DNA of 64,000 nucleotides from Lachnospiraceae bacterium (GTDB lineage: Bacteria > Bacillota > Clostridia > Lachnospirales > Lachnospiraceae), in NCBI GenBank assembly GCA_014804485.1, contig JAAUZT010000034.1:18339-82338 (forward strand), written 5' to 3'. Positions 50,120-60,470 of this stretch are shown here, piece after piece. The notes under the pieces were generated by a model. That model saw nothing but the letters and a program-made list of their open reading frames with translations, was not told the origin of the DNA and ran no database searches. The stretch's first letter is position 1. Every line of letters begins with the position of its first letter. Position numbers and translations under genes: made by a program.

Positions 50120-50596
50120 ATGAAAAAAGTAGCACTTTTATTATTATCAACACTAGGAGGAGCTGCAGTAGCTGCAGTAGCAGTGAAAAAAGTTATTGGA
50201 GATGCAGCGGAGGTACAACATAATATGTCAGAAAAGCATCTGGCATTGTTCTTGATGATGAATCAGTGGGTTAAAGTAAAACAGGAAGGAAAGCATCTGG
50301 CAGATTATCTGGAGCAGAAAGGATATAAGAGCATAGCCATTTATGGCATGAGTTATGCAGGAGAGCGGCTGCTGGAAGAATTGAAGGGTAGCAATATAGA
50401 GGTTAGGTATGGAATTGATAGAAATGCAGAAACGATTTATTCGGATATTGATCTGGTAACGAATGAAGATCGTTTAGAACCCGTTGACGCAATTATAATT
50501 ACATCGATCTTTTTCTTTGATGAAATAGAAAAACAATTATCTGAGAAAGTAGATTATCCGATTATTTCACTTGAGGATATTCTATATGAAGTATAG
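50120..50596 (+). CDS. Small Rossmann-module protein with hydrophobic N-terminal helix (paralogue family)
   Basis: MNQW..KQEGK, IAIYGM..GERL, YGIDRNA, ISLEDILYEV. Confidence 0.7.
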   Translation: MKKVALLLLSTLGGAAVAAVAVKKVIGDAAEVQHNMSEKHLALFLMMNQWVKVKQEGKHLADYLEQKGYKSIAIYGMSYAGERLLEELKGSNIEVRYGIDRNAETIYSDIDLVTNEDRLEPVDAIIITSIFFFDEIEKQLSEKVDYPIISLEDILYEV

Positions 50597-50693
50597 TTAC
50601 GCTATTGCATTCTTCATAAAGTGGGTATGGTCAGAAAAGTGAATTCTGATGAAAGCATGAAAATTAATATTAAAACAAAAAGCGAGATGTGAA

Positions 50694-51899
50694 ATGGATA
50701 GAGCGACTGAGCAGAGTGTAAGTATTATCGTTCCGCTGTATTGTGGAAAACAATACATACCGCGTTTGATACAGATGATAGAGATGTGTCAGATGTCATT
50801 AGCGAGTTCTATAAAATTGGAGTTGATCTTGTCTAATGACAATCCAGAAGAAGATATTGAAGAAAGTTTTTCTTCAGAAATGATTAGCATACTTGTGCTG
50901 AATACAAAAATAAACAGAGGTATACAGGGAACTAGAATACGAGGACTGAAGGCCGCAAGCGGAGAGTATGTCGTCTTTCTTGATCAGGATGATGTATTGT
51001 ATCCAGATTATATCAGAAGCCAATTACTTCATATAGCGAATGCGGATGCAGTGGTATGTAGATGTATTCATGAAGGCAGGCAGTTCTATAATACGGATAT
51101 GAGGTTTGAAGAGGCAGTAACGAAGGAACATATGATTACAAAAGGTAATCCTATTATTTCCGCCGGACAGGTTCTGCTTCGAAGAGAAAGTATACCGGAG
51201 TTCTGGATGAATCATGTAATGAAAGTGAACGGTGCGGATGATTATCTGCTTTGGCTCTGCATGATTGCGCAAAATGCTGTCTTTACCTTGAATCAGGATC
51301 TTCTGTTTGAACATACCGTAAATGGAAAAAACTTGTCTTTGGATTATAAACGTATGATATTGTCGTTAGAGGAAATGTATGATATTCTTTCAGAAAATAA
51401 AGTGTTTGATGAGTTTGAACTGAGAAAAATATCAGCCATGCGGCAAAATGCACTGTTTGAATGGATTACGCTTCTGGAAAAGTTCAGAGAAATGTTTATG
51501 GTGCTAAATCGAATGGTGGAATGCCGTGGTGAGGGCTGTCCTGTCGGCAGACGCCTGAAAGGTATAGGGATACAACGGGTTGCCATTTATGGTGCCGGGT
51601 ATCTTGGGAAAAGATTGCTGGGAGAACTGAAAGAGTTTGACATAGAAGCAGTGTTTTTCATTGATCGAAATGCGGAGTACCTGACAGAAAAAATACCTGT
51701 ATATAAATTAGACGATGCACCGGTCAATGTTGATGCGGTAATTATTTCTTTGGTAAGGAATCATGATACAGTCCGAAGTGCTCTTGGAGAAAAGTATGAT
51801 GTCATTTATACAATTAAAGAGATTATGGAGAATACAGAGCCTGTAATATGTGGCACAGATATCAGTGGCAGCAGGCAAAACTATCATGCAAAGAAGTGA
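50694..51899 (+). CDS. Glycosyltransferase family 2 with C-terminal small-paralogue domain
   Basis: SIIVPLY, FLDQDD, ADDY; tail VAIYGAGYLG..FIDRNA. Confidence 0.85.
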   Translation: MDRATEQSVSIIVPLYCGKQYIPRLIQMIEMCQMSLASSIKLELILSNDNPEEDIEESFSSEMISILVLNTKINRGIQGTRIRGLKAASGEYVVFLDQDDVLYPDYIRSQLLHIANADAVVCRCIHEGRQFYNTDMRFEEAVTKEHMITKGNPIISAGQVLLRRESIPEFWMNHVMKVNGADDYLLWLCMIAQNAVFTLNQDLLFEHTVNGKNLSLDYKRMILSLEEMYDILSENKVFDEFELRKISAMRQNALFEWITLLEKFREMFMVLNRMVECRGEGCPVGRRLKGIGIQRVAIYGAGYLGKRLLGELKEFDIEAVFFIDRNAEYLTEKIPVYKLDDAPVNVDAVIISLVRNHDTVRSALGEKYDVIYTIKEIMENTEPVICGTDISGSRQNYHAKK

Positions 51900-51915
51900 A
51901 GAGGGAGGTTCTGAG

Positions 51916-52854
51916 ATGGAAGAACCGAGGAAGTTTATCATTTATGGAATGGGAAAACAAGGAAAGGCTTATTACGATTTTTTTAAGGCAAAAGGACTGG
52001 ATGGGTGTGTGAAAGGATTTTGCGACAGGCGGTATTCGGTACTTGGTGAATATGACGGAAAGAGATGTTATGGGTATGATGAGGCAAAGCTGGCAGCGCT
52101 TCCCTTCCTAATTTCTCTATGGGATCGAAATGCCTTTTTAGAGATAAAGGAACAAATCAATAAGGCCGGAGGAACAAGTTATGAAATGAATAACATAGCG
52201 GATTATCTGGGTGTAGATAAAGTAGAATTTAACAGGGATTTTATTGCATTTTATCATATTGAAAATATGGATGACTATTTTCAAGCCGCAGAAGATGATA
52301 GACATATGAGCGTGTTTTGGGACGAAATGGAAGGGATTTATCCATTATTCTGCAGATTGGATCTGACGAATGTGATAGAACTTGCATGTGGCAGAGGCAG
52401 GCATGTCGGGCAGTATTTTGATAAGGCGGGCAATGTTACATTGGTAGATATTCTGGAAAAAAATATAGATATTTGTAAAGACAGATTTAAGACCTATGAT
52501 AAAATACATTTTTATTGTAATAACGGATACAATTTAGAGCAATTACCCTCGGGTCAGTACACGGCGCTTTTTTGCTATGACGCAATGGTTCATTTTGAAA
52601 TGTTGGATATTCATGAATACCTGAAGGATATATACAGAGTTCTGGTGAAGGGCGGAAGGGTTTTGATCCATCATTCTAATTATGATAAGGACTATACGGC
52701 ATCTTTCATCAACAGCCTTCATGGGCGAAGTTATATGAATGCAAGTATTTTTGCCTATTTGGCTACTCGTTGCGGTTTTCATGTTTTGGAACAAAAATTG
52801 ATTAATTGGGCAGGGATAGAAGGGCTGGATTGCGCTACGCTTCTGGAAAAATAA
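51916..52854 (+). CDS. Class I SAM-dependent methyltransferase with N-terminal Rossmann module
   Basis: IELACGRGR, CYDAMVHF, RVLVKGG; ATG 51916 after GGAGG. Confidence 0.85.
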   Translation: MEEPRKFIIYGMGKQGKAYYDFFKAKGLDGCVKGFCDRRYSVLGEYDGKRCYGYDEAKLAALPFLISLWDRNAFLEIKEQINKAGGTSYEMNNIADYLGVDKVEFNRDFIAFYHIENMDDYFQAAEDDRHMSVFWDEMEGIYPLFCRLDLTNVIELACGRGRHVGQYFDKAGNVTLVDILEKNIDICKDRFKTYDKIHFYCNNGYNLEQLPSGQYTALFCYDAMVHFEMLDIHEYLKDIYRVLVKGGRVLIHHSNYDKDYTASFINSLHGRSYMNASIFAYLATRCGFHVLEQKLINWAGIEGLDCATLLEK

Positions 52855-52894
52855 GATTGTATTATTTTAAAGTTATATATCTATGGGAGGGTGT

Positions 52895-54046
52895 ATGAGA
52901 CTAAGCATTGCTGTTCCGGTATATAATACAAAACCATACTTAGGTGCATGTTTGCAAAGCATTATAAATCAGACCTATCAGGAAATAGAAATTCTTATTA
53001 TAGACGATGGATCAACGGATGGATCAGATGCGGTCGGTAAAGCGTTTGCGGATAAGGACAGTCGTGTTGTATATATACGACAGGAAAATAAGGGCCTGAT
53101 AGAAGCAAGGCGTACAGGGGTTGAACATGCTTCGGGTGAGTTTCTTATGTTTGTAGACTCAGATGATTGGATCGAACCGGATATGGCTGAGTTCCTGCTC
53201 CGGCAGGTTCGAGATGCAGATATGGTGACAACCGGGGTGTATTATGAAACAAATTCTGAGACAGTGACAGAATATTTGGATCAGTATGACGAAGGAGAGT
53301 ATGACGAAGCGGATAAGGAATTCCTGCTGAAAACAATGCTTTACGACGTGGAATCTGATACTTTGCAGCGACTTACCCCTTGGATATGGAATAAGCTCTA
53401 TCGGACGGAAATTGCAAGACAGATTTATAGGAGTGTGAACGCGGACAATGCCTTTGCTGAAGATGGCGTTTTTTTGTATAACTATCTTATCAACAGTGGG
53501 ACGGTCAGAATCTGTCACAAGTGCTTTTATCACTATCGGTACCGCGAAGATTCCATGTTTCATGGAGGAAATCCGCACATGCTGTCTGATATTAATAAGG
53601 CATATCTTGCACTACTGCCTAGTTTTGATAAACACCAGCTGAGAGATAGTCTGTTGCCGCAGCTTCAGCGCTGGATATCTGTTACAGCGATCATGGCAGT
53701 GAATGGAGGAATGGGGTTTGATTCACAAATTCATATTCCGGAATTTATGATCGATACAGATGAATTGAAAGGGAAAAAAATCGTCCTTTATGGTGCGGGA
53801 AAAGCAGGGCAGGATTATTACAGGCAGCTTATCAAAATGGGGTATGAGATAGTGCTTTGGGTGGATAGTAATAACTCCCGTATTGAAAATGTAAAACAGC
53901 CATCCGCAATTTCAGATGTGGAGTACGACATCATTTTGATATCTGTAAGCCGGCCTGAATATGTAGAAAGTATCAGACAATCGCTGCAGGATATGGGAAT
54001 TGGGGACGAAAGGATGCTGTGGAAAAAACCGGTCAGAGCGATGTGA
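52895..54046 (+). CDS. Glycosyltransferase family 2
   Basis: VPVYN, DDGSTDGS, FVDSDDW, WNKLY, AED. Confidence 0.9.
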   Translation: MRLSIAVPVYNTKPYLGACLQSIINQTYQEIEILIIDDGSTDGSDAVGKAFADKDSRVVYIRQENKGLIEARRTGVEHASGEFLMFVDSDDWIEPDMAEFLLRQVRDADMVTTGVYYETNSETVTEYLDQYDEGEYDEADKEFLLKTMLYDVESDTLQRLTPWIWNKLYRTEIARQIYRSVNADNAFAEDGVFLYNYLINSGTVRICHKCFYHYRYREDSMFHGGNPHMLSDINKAYLALLPSFDKHQLRDSLLPQLQRWISVTAIMAVNGGMGFDSQIHIPEFMIDTDELKGKKIVLYGAGKAGQDYYRQLIKMGYEIVLWVDSNNSRIENVKQPSAISDVEYDIILISVSRPEYVESIRQSLQDMGIGDERMLWKKPVRAM

Positions 54047-54115
54047 GGTGATATGTCTGAAAAGGTGGGTATTATCCTATAAAAAAAGCATATATTTTAC
54101 AGAAGGGATAGTAAG

Positions 54116-55174
54116 ATGATCGCGAATTTGCTAAGTATATATAGTCGGATGGGAGATAGTCTGTCGGAGAAAATCTATATGGACAGAATTCATTACAGTA
54201 TCGCGAAAGATTCCCGGTATATTGAACAGATGGTAGACAGAACGGTGCGGGGGAGTGCGCAGTGGCAGGCGTTTTGCAGGATTCTAAAAGAAAAAACAGA
54301 GCACTCAGAAATGTATATATTTGGTGCGGGAATATGGGGAAATATTCTCTACTATGAGACGAATAGATTTGTACAGTGGGATGCAGTCATAGACAGTTGC
54401 CCGGAGGGAAAGAACGTAGGAAAGATACCTGTTATCTCGTTGGATAAATTATCAGATTGCATGGACAGAGATATAACAGTTGTCATATCTTCCTATAAAA
54501 ACGGTTCGGAAATGTTAGCACTGTTGCAGGAGGCGGGCGTCTCACAAGATAAGATTGTCGATGCGGGTGATGTCATATATCAATTGACGGAAGGTGCAAT
54601 ATACTTTGATTTGGAGCAGATGAATCCACAGGTTACTTGTGAGTTTTTTGTAGATGCAGGTTGTTTTGATGGATTTACGACAAAAGAGTTTTTCCGGTGG
54701 TGTAAAAACAAAGGATATGCATATTGTTTTGAGCCGGATAGTAAAAATGTAGGAACTGTTTTACGAACTCTTTCAAATGAAGCGGGCAGATACGAATTGA
54801 TAAAAAAAGCATTATGGTCGAAAACAACTACCCTGTCAATGGATGCAAGAGGAGATTTTGCGACGTCAGTGACTTTGCCAAACGAGGGCGATTATTTGCC
54901 GAGAGTAGAGGCGGTTGCATTGGATGATCTTTTGGGTGATCAAGAAGTTACATTTATTAAAATGGATATTGAGGGTGCCGAAACAGAGGCACTGCGTGGC
55001 GCGCAGAAAATCATAACAGAACAAAAGCCAAAACTGGCAATCAGTATATATCATAAACCAGAGGACATCCTGACGATTCCCCGGTTGATTTTAGAGTATA
55101 ATTCAAGTTATAAGTTTTATTTACGCCATTATTCATTTTCTGATTATGATACTGTCTTATATGCAATACCTTAA
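54116..55174 (+). CDS. FkbM-family methyltransferase
   Basis: FVDAGCFDG, FEPD, FIKMDIEGAE, PKLAISIYH, YLRHY. Confidence 0.9.
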   Translation: MIANLLSIYSRMGDSLSEKIYMDRIHYSIAKDSRYIEQMVDRTVRGSAQWQAFCRILKEKTEHSEMYIFGAGIWGNILYYETNRFVQWDAVIDSCPEGKNVGKIPVISLDKLSDCMDRDITVVISSYKNGSEMLALLQEAGVSQDKIVDAGDVIYQLTEGAIYFDLEQMNPQVTCEFFVDAGCFDGFTTKEFFRWCKNKGYAYCFEPDSKNVGTVLRTLSNEAGRYELIKKALWSKTTTLSMDARGDFATSVTLPNEGDYLPRVEAVALDDLLGDQEVTFIKMDIEGAETEALRGAQKIITEQKPKLAISIYHKPEDILTIPRLILEYNSSYKFYLRHYSFSDYDTVLYAIP

Positions 55175-55322
55175 AATCGTGGCTCGACTGTATATGTTAA
55201 AGGCATTTATCATGTTTGATGTTTTTCCTGATAATATATAAATTTAGGTAAAGATGAAAGCATAAAATGTTTGGGATGCGGTTTGCACGTTATAATTTAT
55301 AAATAAAGAAAAAGGTTATAGT

Positions 55323-56738
55323 ATGGCAGATATGAAATTTCTCCTTTTTGGCACAGGTGATTATTACGAGAGATATAAGAAATGGTTCCGGAATGAGGAC
55401 GTATTGGCATTACTGGACAACTCACCTGCAAAGCAAAATAGTATGATTGACGGAATCAGGGTGCTGTCTCCGGCAGAGGGAGTAAGGCTCTCGTATGACG
55501 TTATCGTGATTCTCAGTTTTTATGTGCAAGCAATGCGGAGGCAGCTTGTTGACTTGGGAGTGCCGGAAAATAAAATATATCATTTTTATGACTTGCATCG
55601 TCTAATCTATAAAAAAGAATTTAAAAGATCTGTAGAATATTTTGGAAATGCTGAAAAAGTAGTGAAATTACCTAGGCAGTCTGGAAAAAAGATATTGCTT
55701 TTATCGCAGGATCTGACATTGGGCGGACCGGCAATTGCCCTTTTTCATGCTGCAGAGATTTTAGTGAAACGAGGGTATCGGGTAGTATATGCTTCGATGA
55801 TTGACGGACCGTTAAGAGAAAAGCTGCTTGTGAATAATATCCCGGTCATTGTTGATGCGAATTTACAAATTGAAGTAATGGAAGATTCTGAATGGACAAG
55901 GAACTTTTCGTTATTATTTTGTAATACAATAAATTACCATGTGTTCCTATCTGAGCGTGATATTGGTATACCGGTTATTTGGTGGCTGCATGACTCAGAG
56001 TTTTTTTATGATGGTGTCAACCGGGAGATATTAGAGAATCTGGACAGGGAAAATCTGCGGGTCTGTTCTGTGGGACCGGTTCCGAGGAATGCAATGCGTA
56101 AGATGATTGCGGATATACCCGTGGATGATTTACTGTATGGCGTGGAAGACATGGTTGGTTATGTTGGACAGACGCAAGGCAGATGCGCTGATAAGATTTG
56201 TTTCGTAACAATTGGTTACATAGAAGAAAGAAAAGGACAGGATCTATTGGTACAGGCAATACAAAGGCTGCCGGATGAGTATAGAGCAAAAGCCGTATTT
56301 TATCTGGTCGGACAAGAATCTTCCATGATGGCACAGCAAATAAAGGCAGAAATCAAAAACATGCCGGAAATTATCATGACAGGTACTGTAGACAGGGATG
56401 GAATTAAGAAAATTCTAAATAATGCCGATGCTATGATCTGCCCATCAAGGGAAGATCCGATGCCCACAGTGGTAACGGAGGCAATGATGTACAGTATACC
56501 TTGTATCTTGTCTGATGCGGCTGGAACGGTAGAGTATGTCAGGGATGGTGTAGACGGCTTTATTTTTCCGAGTGAATCCGTGGAGGAATTATCTGTCAAA
56601 ATACAGTGGTGTATCAATCATAATCAAGAATTATCTGAGATGGGTACTCGGGCAAGAAAAATATATGATAAATATTTTTCGATGAAAGTGTTCGAGGAAA
56701 ATCTATTGGATATTATAAATGAAGTGGAAGCAGATTGA
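55323..56738 (+). CDS. Glycosyltransferase family 4
   Basis: WWLHD, RKGQD, PSREDPMPTVVTEAM. Confidence 0.88.
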   Translation: MADMKFLLFGTGDYYERYKKWFRNEDVLALLDNSPAKQNSMIDGIRVLSPAEGVRLSYDVIVILSFYVQAMRRQLVDLGVPENKIYHFYDLHRLIYKKEFKRSVEYFGNAEKVVKLPRQSGKKILLLSQDLTLGGPAIALFHAAEILVKRGYRVVYASMIDGPLREKLLVNNIPVIVDANLQIEVMEDSEWTRNFSLLFCNTINYHVFLSERDIGIPVIWWLHDSEFFYDGVNREILENLDRENLRVCSVGPVPRNAMRKMIADIPVDDLLYGVEDMVGYVGQTQGRCADKICFVTIGYIEERKGQDLLVQAIQRLPDEYRAKAVFYLVGQESSMMAQQIKAEIKNMPEIIMTGTVDRDGIKKILNNADAMICPSREDPMPTVVTEAMMYSIPCILSDAAGTVEYVRDGVDGFIFPSESVEELSVKIQWCINHNQELSEMGTRARKIYDKYFSMKVFEENLLDIINEVEAD

Positions 56739-56756
56739 TGAAAGTGAGCTAACGAT

Positions 56757-58826
56757 ATGGCGGACTTATTGCAGATTCTTAATAAATATAGAGACAGTAA
56801 AGTTGTGATATATGGTCTGGGGACGGAGACGGAGCGGGTACTTAACGAAATCGGTCAGGACTTTCAGATTATCGGTTTGCTAGACGGATATAGAGAAGAA
56901 GGAAAATTATATGGCAAGCCCATTATTTCATTACAGCAAGCCATTGAATGTCAGGTAAAACTAATCTTAGTTGTTGCGAGACCGGGTTCATGCCGGGCTA
57001 TCGTGAAACGCATTGGCGCAATATGCATAAATAATCAGGTTGCGCTGATTGATGTGCGAGGTAGAGATTTATGCGAAACCAAGAAAGTGACATATCATTT
57101 TCAAGGTAAGGATGGGATTTCCAAAGAACAGTTCATGAGACAGATTCATGAAAATGATGTGGTCAGTATTGATTTGTTTGATACTTTAATCATGCGTCAG
57201 ACGTTATTTTCAACAGATATTTTCGAAATGGTTGACTGTCGCTTAAAGGAAAAGGGAATTGTGATAAGAGACTTCAGCAAGAGACGTCTGGAGAGTGAAA
57301 AGTATCTTGCAAAGTTTGCGGCGCCAAATCTAATCGAAATATATGCACATATGAAGAGTACATATTCTATTGCGGAAATTGTGCCGGAAGAATTGGCACA
57401 ATTGGAATGGATGATAGATTATGATCTGGTAGTTCCACGGCAGGAAATGTGTGATTTCATGGAAGAAGTACATCGTCAGGGAAAAGAGATTTACATAGTA
57501 TCGGACACTTTTTATACCAAAGGGCAGATTATTAAATTATTGGAGAAATGTAAGATAGGGTTTTATACGGATATTTTTGCTTCATGTGAGTATAAAGCTA
57601 CAAAGGCAAGTGACCTTTTTAAAAAGGTTAAGGAACGGGTTTGTGACAAAAAGTGGATTCATATTGGAGATGATATTGTTGCAGACGTAGAAAGCGCAAG
57701 GCGGCATGGGATTGCTGCATGTCAGATTTATAGCGGGATAGATTTGTTGGAGTTAGTCGGCTATCTGGGGGTATGGGATAGTATTAAGGGATTAGCGAAT
57801 CGAATTAAAATTGGAATATTTGTGTCAAAGATTTTTAACAGTCCATTTCAGTTTGAAAAGGGTGAGCGAAAAATTTCGATACAAAATGCGTATGATTTAG
57901 GATATCTGCTTTTTGCGCCGATCATTAGTGATTTTGTTATATGGTTTGAGGAGCAGGCAGAGCAATATGATCTGTCTAATATCTGGTTTTGTGCAAGAGA
58001 TGGATATTTGATTAAAAAAATGTATGATGAGTTACATGGGGATACGGAATCTATTTATTTTTTGACTTCCCGAACGGCAGCAATTCGTGCAGGGATAGAT
58101 AGCGAAGAGGATATAGAGTATGTCAGTGGGATGAAATTCAGCGGAACAATAGAAGAACAGTTGCATGAGCGTTTCGGGATTTCCAGGCGGGATGAAGCAG
58201 AGTATCATAATATTTGTAATAAATCTTTGATAGATTATTCAGATGTGATTTTGAGTAAAGCATGCATAGACAGAGAAAATTATCAAAGATATATTGATAA
58301 ACTGCATATAAAAAAGGGGGATATTGCTTTTTTTGATTTCGTTGCTAAGGGAACGAGCCAAATGTATATTCAAAGATTGATAGATTGTCATTTGAAAGGC
58401 ATATATTTTATGCAGTTGGAAGGGGAATATATGCAGGGGAAGGGACTCGATATATTATCATTTTATAATAGACAGGAAACGGATCATAGTGAGATTTATG
58501 AAAATTATTATATCTTGGAAACAATCTTGGCATCACCTATGCCATCGATTAAAGAATTTGATGAACATGGTGATCCATGTTATGCACACGAAACAAGGAA
58601 AGAGGAAGATATTAGATGCATGCAGGCGGCGCAGGACGGAGTTTTAGACTATTTCAAGACATATTTGAAATTATGTCCCAGACCCGAAGTAAGCGTGGAT
58701 AAGAAACTTGATGAATTATTTTTATCCTTAATACATGGGATTACTATTTTGGATAGGGATTTTGTGGGATTAAAGGTAGAAGATCCCTTTTTTAACAGGA
58801 TGACGGATGTTGCGGATTTGGTATAG
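56757..58826 (+). CDS. HAD-like hydrolase domain glycan biosynthesis protein
   Basis: SIDLFDTLI.R, IVSDTF, HIGD..D, FCARDGY, SR. Confidence 0.75.
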   Translation: MADLLQILNKYRDSKVVIYGLGTETERVLNEIGQDFQIIGLLDGYREEGKLYGKPIISLQQAIECQVKLILVVARPGSCRAIVKRIGAICINNQVALIDVRGRDLCETKKVTYHFQGKDGISKEQFMRQIHENDVVSIDLFDTLIMRQTLFSTDIFEMVDCRLKEKGIVIRDFSKRRLESEKYLAKFAAPNLIEIYAHMKSTYSIAEIVPEELAQLEWMIDYDLVVPRQEMCDFMEEVHRQGKEIYIVSDTFYTKGQIIKLLEKCKIGFYTDIFASCEYKATKASDLFKKVKERVCDKKWIHIGDDIVADVESARRHGIAACQIYSGIDLLELVGYLGVWDSIKGLANRIKIGIFVSKIFNSPFQFEKGERKISIQNAYDLGYLLFAPIISDFVIWFEEQAEQYDLSNIWFCARDGYLIKKMYDELHGDTESIYFLTSRTAAIRAGIDSEEDIEYVSGMKFSGTIEEQLHERFGISRRDEAEYHNICNKSLIDYSDVILSKACIDRENYQRYIDKLHIKKGDIAFFDFVAKGTSQMYIQRLIDCHLKGIYFMQLEGEYMQGKGLDILSFYNRQETDHSEIYENYYILETILASPMPSIKEFDEHGDPCYAHETRKEEDIRCMQAAQDGVLDYFKTYLKLCPRPEVSVDKKLDELFLSLIHGITILDRDFVGLKVEDPFFNRMTDVADLV

Positions 58827-58910
58827 TTGTGCTAAGGAAGCGGAAGTAATAGAAAAACAGAGCTCCTGCTGTAAAAGTTGTAAAATTAGGTGATTTGTTT
58901 GGTTATTGTA

Positions 58911-58966
58911 TGTTATAATTATTAAGTTAAAATACATTATGCCCATAGTAGTATAACTTGGGCATA
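58911..58966 (+). promoter_or_regulatory. Extended -10 promoter and downstream inverted repeat before the rpe-tarI-dehydrogenase genes
   Basis: TGTTATAAT (58911-58919); TATGCCCA (58938-58945) and TGGGCATA (58959-58966). Confidence 0.35.
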
Positions 58967-59060
58967 TAGTCTTTTTGTAAGACAATTTGAGGATCGCAGT
59001 ATATCCCTGATTCTCATAATGGCTAAATATACCGCTATCACGAAAGCAAAGGTGACGCTA

Positions 59061-59723
59061 ATGAACTTCGAACTAATGGCCTCCATGATGTGTGCCAATT
59101 ACGGCAATCTGGAAAAAGAAGTACAGGACTTAGAGAAAGGCGGAATCGACTCCTTCCACATTGATATTATGGACGGACGATATGTGCCTAATTTTGCTAT
59201 GTCATTAAATGATATGGCATATATTGCATCGGCGACGAAGAAACCGCTGGATGTACATTTAATGGTGGAACATCCCAACCACACGGTAGAGTTATTTACG
59301 AACCGTCTTCGTAAAGGCGATACGATCTATATTCATCCGGAAGCGGAATATCATCCATCCACTACGTTACAGAAGATTATTAATGCCGGGATGGTCCCGG
59401 GGATTGCGATCAATCCGGGCACCAGCGTGGAGACGGTCATGGAAATGCTGCGGATCGTAAAGAAAGTATTAGTAATGACGGTCAATCCGGGAAATGCGGG
59501 GCAGATGTTTATGCCCTATGTAGGAGAGAAAATCAATAAGCTTCTGACATTGAAGGAGCGGATGGATTTTAGGATTTACTGGGACGGTGCCTGTGGGGCG
59601 GACAAGATTAAGACGTATGCGCCGAAAGGGATCGACGGATTTGTGTTGGGGACGACACTTCTGTTCGGAAAAGAAAAGCCGTATGGGGAAACGTTAGCGG
59701 ATATCAGGAGAATGCAGTTTTAG
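59061..59723 (+). CDS. rpe: Ribulose-phosphate 3-epimerase family protein
   Basis: HIDIMDG..VPN, DVHLMV, INPGT, VMTVNPG, DG. Confidence 0.82.
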   Translation: MNFELMASMMCANYGNLEKEVQDLEKGGIDSFHIDIMDGRYVPNFAMSLNDMAYIASATKKPLDVHLMVEHPNHTVELFTNRLRKGDTIYIHPEAEYHPSTTLQKIINAGMVPGIAINPGTSVETVMEMLRIVKKVLVMTVNPGNAGQMFMPYVGEKINKLLTLKERMDFRIYWDGACGADKIKTYAPKGIDGFVLGTTLLFGKEKPYGETLADIRRMQF

Positions 59724-59753
59724 GCAGGGCAGTATGAAAGGCAAGGGATTGAC

Positions 59754-60440
59754 ATGAACATAGCATTAATACTTGCGGGAGGAACCGGAACGAGACTTGG
59801 CTCCGATACCCCGAAGCAGTATATGTCCGTAAAAGGAAAAATGGTTATTACCCATTGCCTTCATGTATTTGGCATTCATCCGCAGATCGATGCGATACAG
59901 ATTGTCGCGCATGAGCAGTGGCATGGTGGGATATGTCGTCAGATACCGGAAAAAGCCGGTAAGAAGTTCAGGGGATTCTCTGAACCGGGAACGAACCGAC
60001 AGCGTTCGATCTATCACGGGCTTCAGGATATTATGCGGTATGCGCGGAAGGCAGATGTGGTCATCGTGCATGACGCAGCGAGGCCGTTGGTTTCTGCAGA
60101 TATGCTTTCAGCCTGTGTGGAAGCGTGCAAAGAGCATGACGGTGTTGTTCCGGTATTGCCTATGAAGGATACTGTATATTTGGGAGACGGAGGGAAGATC
60201 ACCTCTCTTTTGGATCGCAGTCAGGTTTATGCGGGGCAGGCGCCGGAGGCGTTTTTATTGGGAAAATATTTTGAAGCTAATCGGTGCCTTATGCCGGATC
60301 GAATAGACCGGATTAACGGTTCCACGGAACCGGCAGTCATGGCAGGATTGGATATTGCAATGATTCCGGGGGACGAGGGGAATTTTAAGATTACAACACA
60401 GATGGATTTGAATCGATTTAAGATTTTGCTGGATACATAG
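59754..60440 (+). CDS. tarI: IspD/TarI-family alditol-phosphate cytidylyltransferase
   Basis: ILAGGTGTR..PKQY, VHDAARP, QAPEAF, NFKITT. Confidence 0.75.
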   Translation: MNIALILAGGTGTRLGSDTPKQYMSVKGKMVITHCLHVFGIHPQIDAIQIVAHEQWHGGICRQIPEKAGKKFRGFSEPGTNRQRSIYHGLQDIMRYARKADVVIVHDAARPLVSADMLSACVEACKEHDGVVPVLPMKDTVYLGDGGKITSLLDRSQVYAGQAPEAFLLGKYFEANRCLMPDRIDRINGSTEPAVMAGLDIAMIPGDEGNFKITTQMDLNRFKILLDT

Positions 60441-60470
60441 GGGATTTGGGTTGGAATGGAGCGTTAAAAT

